Assembly: GCF_964204865.1 (NCBI RefSeq)
Contig: NC_135263.1
Coordinates: 13,950,001 to 14,014,000 of the forward strand
Direction: 5' to 3'
DNA from: Styela clava
Taxonomy: Eukaryota
DNA: 64,000 bases
Below are positions 1 through 13,226 of the stretch, piece after piece. The stretch's first letter is position 1; each line of letters begins with the position of its first letter. The notes under the pieces are model-generated. The model was not told where the DNA came from. It did no database searches and saw only the letters and a list, made by a program, of their open reading frames with translations. Both the position numbers and the translations under genes were made by a program.

Positions 1-3000
1 ATTTGCTATAAATACCAATCAATCAAATTGCAGCTACATCTTCTCACTTAAATTTTGAACCTGTTCTAATAACTTTTTATCTGTTCAAGTTGAGACTTCC
101 ACACATGAGCATCATACTTCAAAACGCTAATTTTGTATCTAAATGCCCATACATCACAAGCTACACTGACGCAGATACCGTCAACTTTAAGTTGTGTGTG
201 ATTCAATTCAATTCCTAGCCAACTAATGATTCCCAATTACTGTACGTACATTACCGTTTCTCGTTTAACGTTTTTCACTCCACTCCATATTTCGATTCAA
301 AGAAAATTTTAATCCGCTTGTTTTTCGATACAAAATGTCTTTTAGATCATGTTAATAATGATGCTGTTTTCGTAAACCGGTCGTACTTTGCTCCTGTCCT
401 TCAATCACAATCTATAACGTATCGGTCATATGCGTGTGATATTTGCCAGCGATCATATTTATTCAACGTTATATATAATTTTACTGCATCTTCACCATTC
501 TGTCAAAATAATAAAGACTTATTGACCACATTTTCTTACACCCTAATGATATGCGTAACTTAATTTATATATTTTTAGTAATTGATTTTGAGTAAGCTCT
601 AGTTTGGTCGAGTTTTCCTCATGTCATAAACAAACTCTCAATTTGTTTTTCCATCAATGACTACTAATGTCAAGTCCAAGCCAAATATGAGATTACTATT
701 ATTCTGCATTTGCAAAACGCTGACCACAGCAACTAAAGTTATTCAACTCTGATGGAAGCATGTTTCTATTATCTTGTTTTATAACAAAGCATAGGCCATT
801 TAATATTCTCTAACAAAATTAGTCCACCCCGATAAATCTATCAATTCGTACAGGGCAGAGAACGTTCTGGTACGAACCGATAGCATAGCAACGCTCAAAT
901 TCCTAAGCTTGAGTTTTCAAATAGTAAAAGTTTTATAAATGGAGAACATTAAGTAAAGGTATTATCGTGTTGAGTTATGTTAATATTATAAACTAACAAG
1001 CTACACCACCTCCCTGGACGCGGTAAAATTATCAAGCTTTGACGGTCCTGTGGATAAAAGGGTAAGGAGACTACTTTAGAACATTTACTCGATTTTTGAC
1101 AAGACATCGATCGATTTGAATCTTGAAAATAGATTATACGTATCTTCAGCCCCAGAACATCAATATCTTCAGTCTTTTTACTATCATCCTAATATTTTTT
1201 TTAATTGTGATTTTACGGATAATTTCTCGTTGATTCCTATTTTGTATAGCTTTTTCATGTGTGATTCATATACAAGTTATCTCCGATCTCATCTTCAACA
1301 TCTATTAATATACCGTTATTAAATTTTGGCTAACCATCACGACTAATGCGTTCTTTGACACCTTCGACTTTAAGAAAGGAACTTTAAATACGATCTATTC
1401 TTAGACCGACCTTCTTAAAACAACCGAATCTCCCAGGATACCGCAAAGGCTAATTAACGATTCGACTTAAAGTCATCAAGACATGCATTGCCAAACGGTC
1501 TGTAATGACATGAATTATTGAAATACAAACGGACTTGAGCGGAATTATATTGTTCTTTTTTTCCAATGTGGCTATTTATATTCAAAGTACATTGGTCGAT
1601 AAAGATTGCTTCCCGTTGGACTTCAATACACATTATAAAAAACTTTGTAAAATTACAAAAATAGCAAAGTGTCTTCGAAGTGATAAATATTCTGTAAGCA
1701 ATTTTACAAGCCTTGCCGCAAATTGGTTCGATCTGCGCGATAATTTGAAATAGATGTGTTTATTTCGTTCGAATTAAAACTTCAGTAATAACATATTTAT
1801 CCTAATTATCTTTCCGTGCATGGGATATATAAAATTCCAAGTCTATCAGCGAGTTACACTTGCATGGCTTTACAGTATCAAAGAATTGATTATACATTCC
1901 AAAACAAGTTTCGAGGACATGGCAGAGGAAAAGTACTTTTTGTATTTGGATTTCTTATAAACAAATATTAAATTAGTCTATCCCGACTAATACCTATAGT
2001 TTTCAATGTAAAAATTAAAAAAATATTAATAATTTAATCGCTAAAACCGTTTTCTTAGAACTTAGGTTTTGCAACTTAAAATTGGGAAGAATCAATTCTT
2101 GTCTACATTTGACATTTTTTACTCCATACATTTTATTTTTGTATCAAAATATAAATACTGCTGACGCACATGACGCACACGGCGTCTATAAATCCCTTTG
2201 ACGCAATGCGCAACTTCACAAAAATATTTTGCATATACTCTACTCCAAACAGAAAAGAAAACTACTTTTTCAAAGCTTGCTAATATATATACATATGGCA
2301 ATCATACAAATGAACGTTGCCACAATATCAAAAGCTAATTCCAAACCATTCCAATATTTTGGCTTTACTTTTAAGAGGCGAGTTGCCATGAGCACGAACA
2401 ACTAAATTACTGCAGAAAAATGTACTTTCGTGCCAATGCGACCTGTCCTATTCGAAATTGGATACGAAAATTGACCAAAAAATATTCGGCGTTCTGGTAG
2501 CGATCGACATTCCACGTACCTAAAAGCGTATCGGACAGTCAAAGCCAAAACTGTGTTTTATTTGCATAACGCTTACCAAGGCCTAAACACTTATGTGTTC
2601 TGCAATACCGCTTCGTTGGGCGGCCAATGGAACGTATCTCGATTCACACCTATCCTTTTCCGAAGTCTGGCAGAACGCTATACAGCGGAAATTCGGATTC
2701 GGCTTTTTTTATACTTTATCCCACCTACGTCACAGATCTTTAACAATATACCGTGAGTGAAATAATTGTTGAATCTAAAATTTGTAATAAGTTTGGTTGA
2801 TGGATTATTAAATAAGATGTATTTTATTTATTTTTTTCTATAAAACTTTGTTAATTAATTGTAATTACAAAATAACTACCATCGGCCTAAAACTGTATTC
2901 CCGTGAAATATATAATGTACAAAAACCCAAAATCTAAATTCTGTCCGTTTCAAATTCGAATTGATTAACATTAATTTAAAATAAATTTATAATAAGTGCG

Positions 3001-3935
3001 ATATTGCCTATATTCGATTAAGCCGATCAAGTCAATAATAAGATGACTGGAGTCGATTCAAACGACGATTTCGACCTAAATTTGCATAAATCAAGGCGAA
3101 AGCATTTCTAGGGTGTAAGAGTGGATCTGAAAAAAATATATAAAAAATTTGTCGAATACGTTGGTGTGAATTGGCGACGGAACGACTCTCCTTTGCTAGT
3201 ATCACTCAAGTAGTTTCAGAGCGATAAAAACAGATCATCTCATTCCATTCCAAAACACTGCTTCTGCTGATAAAATTTAGTCATAATTATGGGTAAACGT
3301 ACGTAGAGCAAGATCCCCGCACAGACACAGTAAAATTCTTCGTGTTTATAGTTCAAACAATTATTTGTAGTCTGTAAATATAGACATATTGCGTTTTTTG
3401 TAAAAATTTGTTTTCACCTTAGTCGTGTTTACCATGTGATTATTTAGGGCAATGATTTAAAACAAATGATTAAAAGTACGTAAAATGACTAATATTTTGA
3501 TGAAATTTAATGTAAAAGATGAAAAAAGATTCTTTCAATTCCGATTTGAGATGGTGATATTGAAATAAAATTTTGAAAAATAACACAAAGAAATGCAAAT
3601 AATTTTTTTTAAATTATTGTCTAAGAAATTGATATACGATCGCATATAAATCGTAATAAATAGCAAATAATTCAATATTTTAAAACCTGATCAAAATAAT
3701 TTGGTGCAATACTATATATTATTATATTTTTGATTGATAATAAAAAAAATATTACTTGAAAATAAAGACGTGAGAGGTTGAACACAATTACTTCCTTATT
3801 GGCAATACAGACATGCAAATACCGTAGAAGTTCAGAGGGTTGAGATCATTAGCGAATGTCTACCACAGATTAATCGACTCATCAGTCTTCGCCCTATGGT
3901 AAACATGGTTTTTCCTATGGGTTGATGTTATGTGC

Positions 3936-3955
3936 TATATATATATATATATATA
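3936..3955. repeat. (TA)n microsatellite
   Basis: About 10 TA units read directly from the sequence. Confidence 0.8.
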
Positions 3956-6929
3956 GAACAATATGAGCAATAAGGATTTTAAAGTCAATCATCAAATGGT
4001 GGTCGAGTCGCAATTAACTCGTACATTGTGATTTAAGTATTAAAAGTGATGATCAGAATCTAGAATATCAAAGTCTTTTGGCATGTTTCATCTATGAAAA
4101 CATATTAAAACACTTTTAACTTCTTTTACTAACGACTAAGCTTTGAAGAAATGCGCAAAATGCATACTTGGAACATATGAATATATCAATAATTACCAAT
4201 GCGATTATTTATTTTGAAAATTCCACCACAGATATTTTATCGCAAAAAAAGAACCTTAGCTAATCAATTTACTTCAGAATTATTAATAAAATTCTACATT
4301 TTCTTAACAGCATACGTCGAACATCGTACGCTTTTGGCAGAACAGCAGCTGCCTCGCTCGAACTGTGTTTATATCCCCCGTGGGGCTACTGGCTATGAAA
4401 GCAAACACCTTGTGATCGACCGCCTTGTCAAGTGGGTTAAAAAGAACATACTTCACTGTTGTGACCTACCACAACAATTAGCAAGGGAATAGCTGTTATC
4501 GATAAACTTAGTCGATATCACTAAACAAACTATATATATAAAACTGTTGCTTTCAATTAAAATGACGTAAAGGAATTTGTTGTTACCATCATGAAAATTG
4601 TTATTGCAAAGTCAAACGATTTGAGATTTTTCGATTATCCTCATAAATATTTTCAAAAAAGCAAAAATATCATTGACAAATATTTGACTGGAATCCATTA
4701 CGAAATATTATTCGTAACTCTGGGCTATATGTTTTCATAGCTGGAATGCTTAGTATACGAAAATGGCGCATGAATATATGATGCTTTAGACGTCAAAAAA
4801 CATTTCAAGAAAAATGGCAATTCGAAATATTTCTCGGCCCTCCTAACGAAAACCGATGTCTTTCCCATTTTATGGTAATCATTTCATTAATATACAAACT
4901 ACACGGTAAGCATAGCCTTGAACGAAATTTAGAATCTTACACGTACATCTGGCTCAACTGAGAAGTTTCTGTTTAGGTCTGTGAATTAGGTGACTGATAT
5001 AAACTTGCTCTAGCACTGTTTAAATTTCACAAACTTATGAATACAAATGAATATTTCCGCGGCAGACTTCTTCTATTTAAAAAAAAATCCGAATCGACCA
5101 TTCAAGGTGACGAGTACACCATAATATAGTGCTGCATCAACCGCATAGCTTTAAACAAACAATGCTTCTTTGATTTGAACTGTTTGAGCGCAATGCCGCT
5201 GGATCGATTGTACTTAAGGTTAAGTTTTGCTATTTAAATCGAAAACAACTTCGACGCAGAAACTTATATTATAATTGTGCTACATATGTCATAATGTACA
5301 TGTATAATCCAATTAAATATAAGCGTTTCATGCACGGCCGCATACAATACGCATATTAAATTTAGATTAGATCTATACGCCAACCATGTTAAATTTGTTT
5401 AAATAGTTGTAACGTATGAAATACAAGAATCCAATACGAATAATTGATCCGTGTTCTTGAGTAGGATAACAATCATTCGAAATTGGCTTCAATATCATAT
5501 CACAATATTTTTCGGTACCGTACGGAAATCATCAACTCAATGTATTAAAACCGGTAGCACTTTTACAAATTATTTTTCGAACTCAAAGTTCGAGACCGGG
5601 ATGGGGTTCTATTTTTTTTTTTCAAAAAACAAAAGAACACTCCATTTATTTTTATAGAATTTGCAGCCGAAAGTACAAATATCTACAAAAAATGGAGATT
5701 GTAAGGTGAAAGAAGAAATACAATCGTTCCATCATATGTAAATGGTGTGTTTTAAGTGAGGGTGTTTGTGAAATCAACTTAATCAGACTTGCGAATACGT
5801 TGTTTGCATAGAAATTTACTTTTCATACTCCAGCAGAAACGACTTGATTAACAAAAAACACTAGGAGGAATTGGTTACAATTCGGTACCAAACGTCAAAA
5901 TTGATTAGTTGTGAAAAGTTGTTTGACGTTGCTTGTCTCCACGTTTCATAACCGGTGTTAAACTTTTAAGAACGGATAAGAAGCTTTCGTGGGATTTATT
6001 TTCTGTTGTTCGTCGATTCAATTTATAAGAATTGTTAACACAAATTGAATTGAATAGCTTTGGCTTCAAAGTCAAGATGGTAATTTATTTTTTTCTAAAT
6101 AGTTATTGATGAAAAGTACTGTTTGTCTTTCATATTCACAGCCATAGATATTAACTTTTTGAAATGTTTTCAAAAGATTACATGTCGTTACTTTAGTTAA
6201 CAATTGTCACCGAAGAATCTATGAAAGCTATTGTACGAAAGCTAAGAAACATTAAAATATTCTGAGGAGAGGGAAAACCGAAGCAAAGCAACTCACAAAA
6301 CATTATCAATATGAAAATTTTTAACAATCGTTTAACTTTTGCCTAACTCTGAATACTGGTGCTTCAAGCAGATTGGATATTCAATCAAAAATTTTCGTGA
6401 TTATCTACATAAATCTATAATGCACATTTCAAACAGGGCAAGCTATGCTAACATTGCAAGATCTCTCAATTCCGAATAGTCAAACGCTTCTTCTTAATTC
6501 TTCACATCATCTATGTCGAAACAAAAACATCACCCAGTATAACTTCTTAGAAAACTGCAGATGCGAACAACATATAGAATTTGGTATAATTCCGAAATGC
6601 GGAAAACGCAATAATGCCGTAGAACCCAAGTTATGTCGTAATAAGGAATGGATTAATAAAATCGCGCATGACTGGACTCGCATGTGAATTAGGGATTTAA
6701 AATCCAATATCTATGGTTTTAAATCGACATAAAACAATAACAAATAAGGTTGCGTAACAAATTGGCTCGTTCCTAATTACCTACATGACATGAACTTTAG
6801 ATCAATTCCAATCGCCCCCAGATTCAAGATATCAATTGTCCATACCGAAGTTAAATTGAAAAAAAAAAGAACTAAAATCAGAAAATATTAGGAATCTTAT
6901 ATCAAAATTATAAATTAAATATAAATTTT

Positions 6930-7037
6930 GGCGCTTCCGAAGTATGTGCACCAAGATGGCGCACGACCTGAACCCTAACCCGGTACACATACTATGTTCA
7001 AGGTGTTCCATCTTGGTGCACATACTTCAGGAGTACC
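6930..7037. mobile_element. MITE, GG-ended 8-bp-TSD family (Merlin-like), short copy
   Basis: Imperfect TIRs GGCGCTTCCGAAGTATGTGCACCAAGATGG ... CCATCTTGGTGCACATACTTCAGGAGTACC. Perfect 8-bp TSD TAAATTTT at 6922-6929 and 7038-7045. Internal AACCCTAACC motif. Confidence 0.85.
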
Positions 7038-10000
7038 TAAATTTTTCCGTTGAACCTGACCTAAAGGAGGATAAATTGAAAAATATTAAACATCAACCCC
7101 CTTCAAACTTGAAAGGTTAGTTGAGAGTGAAATGTTTTTTTTATCAAGATTTTGTACCTGTCCCACGACGGTACAAGTAAATCCATTTTGTCTTGACTTC
7201 CATCGTGACACATCTACCAAGACGAATGTTGTAAATCAACGATCGTACATCTTTTCCTGTCAGTTGTCAGAAACGAGGATTTGTCAATTAAATATGGCAA
7301 CAGAGTCGCGTGACAAGGTAAAGTAAGTGCATCGAAAGAAGCGGACAGAGAATTTTTTATATTTTTTTATAACAATTCTTATATTGTTGTTTAACCAACG
7401 CATCCTGAAACACCCAGAGGTACTTTAGATTTAATATTATACTTATTACCTGCCTAATAGCGTTAAGTGAAACCAAAGGAAGGTGCATCGATACCATATG
7501 CCCATATGCCATAGTTAATGGTTGGTTTGATTTCAATAACGGCTTTGGAAAAAAACCCGTAAATATTGATTTGTATGGAATGGTTTGATGATTTTTCTAT
7601 GTATGATTTTCGAGAAATTAGAAAAACATATGCTCCCGCGAATAATTCAATCAAAATTTATTGCAACAAACCAAGCATAAAATTGAATACATAAAACATA
7701 AATAATAATAATCAATACTTATTTGGTAGAAAGCAAGTTTCATTTTTCTGATTTAAGGAGGTCATTTGCTAGAAATTCCCTTTTTCAAACTGAATATACA
7801 AGATTTAATTACAATAAACATTGGATTAATTAGAGAAAATAATTAGAGGTATCGCGTAACTATGATGCTTATTATTGATTTACTGAAGACTACAACACCA
7901 TTCAAAATATCAGAAACAGAGTAGTCTATATCAATACGGCAATAACTCAGTGTCGTCTTGTGCAGAGACTTGATAAAATTGGAGACAAAAATCTCGGTTA
8001 CAAAATATAAAAAGCAGTGTTGTGAGCTAGTTTACTCGTTTCATAGACTTCGAACGCAGGAACACCAAAACACCAACCTTAGCCTGCAAAATTATTATTG
8101 AAATTCATAAAAACCAATAACTATAAAAGACGAATTACTTGTCAAAACATGGTATTGAACTCTTCTCAAGTACGAAAAATCATGATAATACTTATCAGAA
8201 TTCAAAAATCAATGTCAGCAAAAAATTCAAACAACATTATTCGTCGAACTAACTGATATATGCCATACATAGTTACGACCATTTTTACATTGTTTTGTTT
8301 TTCTAATTTATTTTCAGCTTTTAATCCCACAATAACAGTACTTGATTAACAACTGTATGAAACAATGAATATTTTCTACGAAATCGTGTTATGACACGCG
8401 TTTATTAATAACAAAAATAATATCATACTACATCGCGTACTTATGACAATAGTAATGAGTACTAACTCTACTTGAGTGAATGAGATGATGATTTTCTCTG
8501 AAAACGACTGTCGCGACTGTGAGGACAACACCTTAGCTTTGAACAAAGTTCTAGTGGAGTAACCACAAATAATACACCGGTGTCGATCGGTTTGAAACCG
8601 CTATCAATTTTTGTAACTACACTAGGAAGACAGTGGACATAAAGGTTAAACTGACTTCTCGTCTGTGGGGCGATCAACTAACCGCCATCCCACATGCAGT
8701 TAAAACACATGGCGAATGAAATTTAAGGAATCATTTTTTAAGCAAACTGTATATGTGCTTGAATCAATACACCCGTTAAAGTATTTAATTGTTTCTGACT
8801 ATAGTCACTTGGCAAACTCTGTTAGTTCCTTGCTACCGGGAAAATTAAACTAAGACTAACTAGAAAAATACAGCGCAAAAACAACCACTGAGCTTTATGT
8901 AAGCTGCACGTAATATAAATATTAGTTTGAGTTCAAAATCCATCAACTGTTACTTAATCAGTCCTTTTGATCGAAAAAAACTGCCACAAATAATAGACAG
9001 CTAGAAGGACTGAAAATGCATGAAGACCCGAGCAAGTAAGCGTAATAGCAAGATAATGTATCGCGATTCCATTGTTCCGATTTGGTTGTCTTCAAAGTAA
9101 CGATTTGAATTCCCTGCCCTAGCTAGATCACCACATATCCCAAATTTCAATGACCCGAACATGATATGCGAGGCTAGGTATTGTCTCATCGTTGTCACAT
9201 TTATAATGTGTAAGTCAATACCTACCTGGAGCCGTGTTAGAAGTGCAGATGTAAACGCCAGCATGAAAAATAAGCAAAATTTGAATCTATCAAAGCCAAT
9301 CAACTAATTTGTTCATAGCAAACTTCACTGACTGGACTACGTGACCAGTAGATCAAAGCTCGACTATAAACAGTACAGCTTTCACTTTTGCACGTAGCAT
9401 CTAACTTAACTAATGATACTTGATATATAATAAATAATTTAATTTAAAGCCGAATGCATTATCTGCATTCAAAACCCCCGAGACCAAACTGATGACGTCA
9501 CAAACCTGATTCATAACAATTCTGATTAAATTTGTTTTGGTTAGATACACCTTCAGCCAAATCTGCACCATGTACGGGACACACCATATTTGATCTTTCA
9601 ATATTATATTTATCTTCGACCCACGTTCAATATGACAAGATGTTTTGTTTCATTCCTGCTACGATTTAGAAATTTCGGTTCCTGAGGTCAGAGTATCATG
9701 ACCCTACCCGGATGTGTAATCCAAATCTCTTGTGTGATTTTGATCGCAATTTTATTTGTTCTGTGGGTAATTAAGACAGCCGCACAACGTAATCATCAAA
9801 TAATTGAAAATAATTGTTTTGTGGCATTGATACATCATAACTCAATATCTAATTTAAGAAAAATTATCCGCATATTTCATCACAGCGTATTCTGAAAAGG
9901 CATGGATTTGATTGCCTAGTGCAGAGACTTACAACATTATGGAAATTGAACATGGTGTGTTCTAATAATAATATAGAATAAATAACTCAAATGGAAGCTT

Positions 10001-11915
10001 GGTAACGAGAAAAAAAAGAGATTCAGTACTCAAAATAAAATTGTTTTCAATGACAATATACGCTAATTATTAACTCTGGTTCAAATTTAGAATCAATTGC
10101 TAACCTTACCATTTTATATCACATTGAAATGACATTGTTGCAGTCTAGACTCTATGCATATTGTTAGAAATTTCAATATTTGGGACAATTATTTCATAAA
10201 ATTAAAATAATTTGCGCTCCTGGGTTCATATTGTTGATAAAAATCACCATGGTTTCATTCCATGAAGTATACCCACAATGCCACCTCCTGGGGCCCATAT
10301 TATTTATGCTTTATACTAAGAATTAGACTACAGCGTATCTGTACTAATCTTATGTCGACAAATTTGGGCAATTTAACATTGTATTCTACCAAAGGCAGGA
10401 AAGGTGTGCGAACATTTTCCTAAAATCGACGAAAAAAAATTTTCGTTGACAAGCGTGATCATATAATACAATATCATGCATATAACTCCATCAACAATCC
10501 ATAATTAGTTTAAGAGCTTTCGTGGAAAATATTTATAAAATCAGCGAAGTCTCAAGAATTTTGTGTTCGATGGCGCTTAAGTGTTCGATGAAAGTTAACA
10601 GCGATTAACAAAATCTAATAATATTAATTCAAGTAGATTTAAAAGTTTCATAATGTATTTAATCCATGCTTTACATGCATTATCGTTATTGGTAATATCA
10701 TGCGTATATTTTAATCCTAAAAAATGAACATGTTCCGTTCCATATCATAGCTCGGACAGCTAAATCAAGTTTCTTTGAAAAATATATATTAAACCACCAA
10801 TTCTGACCTTTGCATTTTGAAATCTTGCGGATTTGAGCTAATATATATAAAAAAAATTTCCCATTTCTATAACTACTGTACTACCCAGAAATAAAATTTG
10901 AAGGATACCGTTTGAATATCACGGAAAAGCTAAACAATAAAGATTTTTAAACATTCCTAACTTTATAATTAGAGTTAAGTCTCTACAAAATATAACTCCC
11001 ATGGTCAAAAAGCTGTTACTGTGCGTCCTTGCTGCCTCTTTTTGGGCAGGCTTACAACCATTTTCGCTATTTGTGAAAACAGAAAACAACATATTATTAT
11101 TTGTTCGTGGTCTACGCACCACTTAACATACTGAAATTGTGGTTCTGATCTTACTTCTTCTACAAGGCAATATTACATTATACTTCATTTAAAGTAGACA
11201 TTGTTCAAATTAAAATAAAGATAATTTCCGTCTATATATATGTAGCATACCCTATACTTGTTAATCATAGCCCATGACATACTTCCCAAAGAATTTACTT
11301 TCATCAGGCAGCCAAGCAATAAATTATTGCTTAAATTTAACGATCAACAACGTATTCAATTTGTAAAATGTTAACAAACGCAAGCAGACCAGATCATATT
11401 ACCCTCTAAATTCGGTATTCATTAGGCCTCCTCCATTAGCGAGTCACATTGCTAAGTTTGTTTGTTGAATGTAAATGAAAGGAATGGAAATTGACACCCT
11501 AATGATTAATAGGCTCAAATGTTTAGGCGAATAAAAATAGCTATAATGTAAACGTTTTTAAGAAATTCTTAAGCCAATAAAAATAGCAATGTAAACTATT
11601 AGGTCGATGTCTAATCCAACCACTGTCTTCCAACCACGTTTAGATGATGAATAATATGAAATTACATTACCTCGACATAATAAGCCACACATGTCATTTT
11701 CAGTAATTTTTATATAATTATTCATTTGAAAGAATTCCAGTCGTTGCTTTTAAAAACCACATAGAATTCAAACAGCCAAAAATTCAATTAGGGAAAGATG
11801 ATAAAAAGCTCTAATAGATAATAATATTTATTTAGGTTTTAGTCAAAATTGTCCGTCAGCGAAAAGTAATGCTTCAAACAAATATCATCTTGAAGTGTGT
11901 CAATTACATGGACAT

Positions 11916-12151
11916 GGTACTCCCGAAGTATGTGAACCAAGATGGCGGACACCGGAACGTAGTATGTGTACCAGGTTAGGGTTAGGCCATGATTTTATTC
12001 CAATTTTCCTTATTTTAGTCCTATTACAAGCTCGAGTACTAGCCAAGTGACTCCTGTAGTACTTGTACCTGAGATTATGGTCTAACCCTAACCTGGTACA
12101 CATACTACGTTCCGGTGTCCGCCATCTTGGTTCACATACTTCGGGAGTACC
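11916..12151. mobile_element. MITE, same family, with ~74-bp near-perfect TIRs
   Basis: GGTACTCCCGAAGTATGTGAACCAAGATGGCGGACACCGGAACGTAGTATGTGTACCAGGTTAGGGTTAG at the left and its reverse complement at the right. No 8-bp TSD is recognisable for this copy. Confidence 0.85.
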
Positions 12152-13226
12152 CATTTTTGTTGTTTTATTCAAAGCAATGTACCATCTATCTATGGCATAT
12201 AGCCGGTTTTGCGAACATTATAAACTTTGATTGATGATTTTTCAGTATTCCCTTGATTGTTTTTTAACAACTAAAGAATTCTTGAGATAATTATCAATAA
12301 TTTCAAATATTTCGCGTTTGTCAGATATTTAATTAATGTTCTATTCCGACAAAAATAAAATACATTAGTGAATTTTGAATGATTTTTCATATGGTTTTAT
12401 CAACATTTATTCAAAATAAATGGATTAGTATTAAATGATATATTCGAGCCTTCTTATAACATTTAGTTGGATTGTATTTGATGGTACTATAAGGACGTAT
12501 TGAAAGACCAGGACGATCAAATCTCTTTATTACCCGAGCACAGCTCAATAATGTAGTGTGCCTCGCCGCCTACGAATAACATTTGAATGAGAATGTGTTA
12601 CCAACACGACACACTCGCAATAATCCATCCAATTCCTAATATTTGTTATTTTATTTTGTCACTTTAAACACCTCGTATTGCAGACTGTGTTACATACAAC
12701 TTAATTCTTAAAATAACAAAACTAATCCACTGCTAGGCTTCTTGAGAAGCTTGCGGCGCCGCACAGAACCCCTCCTGCTCGCAAAATCCGTACAACGGGC
12801 GACCAAATTCATTCCTAATTTTAAGAAATTATACCTCGTTCGGGGGCCACGCACTTGGTTCAAGTATCTCTCAATTATAACAATATTAAATTGATGATTC
12901 GGCACACTGGCTTATGATACATAATTTGAGTGTTTCGCCTGATCAGGAGATTAATACAAAGACACAAGCCTGCAATTATCCAATCATAGTGGGCAGTATG
13001 GCATTCGGGGAGTATGGGAGATACACAAATAAAAAATAAATATAAAACGAAACAATATATAAATGAAGAGAAACATAACATAATTCATTAATCGAATTTA
13101 TCAAGTCAGGAAGACCACAAAATCAACAAGGCCAAGTTGAGGAAAAAATAGTTATTGATATTTTTGGTTGTAGATTTATCTTCACGCAAATTACAAGTTC
13201 AGACTGTACAATCCATTGGGAACGCG

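Noticed and set aside
11974-12093. TTAGGG/CCCTAA motifs as interstitial telomere
   Set aside because: Only about two units, located symmetrically inside MITE TIRs.
11913-12154. CAT flanks as a 3-bp TSD of the long MITE
   Set aside because: Sibling copies have 8-bp TSDs, so a 3-bp match is probably chance.
318-13081. Many 60-100 aa ORFs in the ORF track, plus antisense ORFs over real genes elsewhere
   Set aside because: Mostly TTG/GTG starts with no motifs or splice-consistent chains. Expected by chance or as shadows of real exons.
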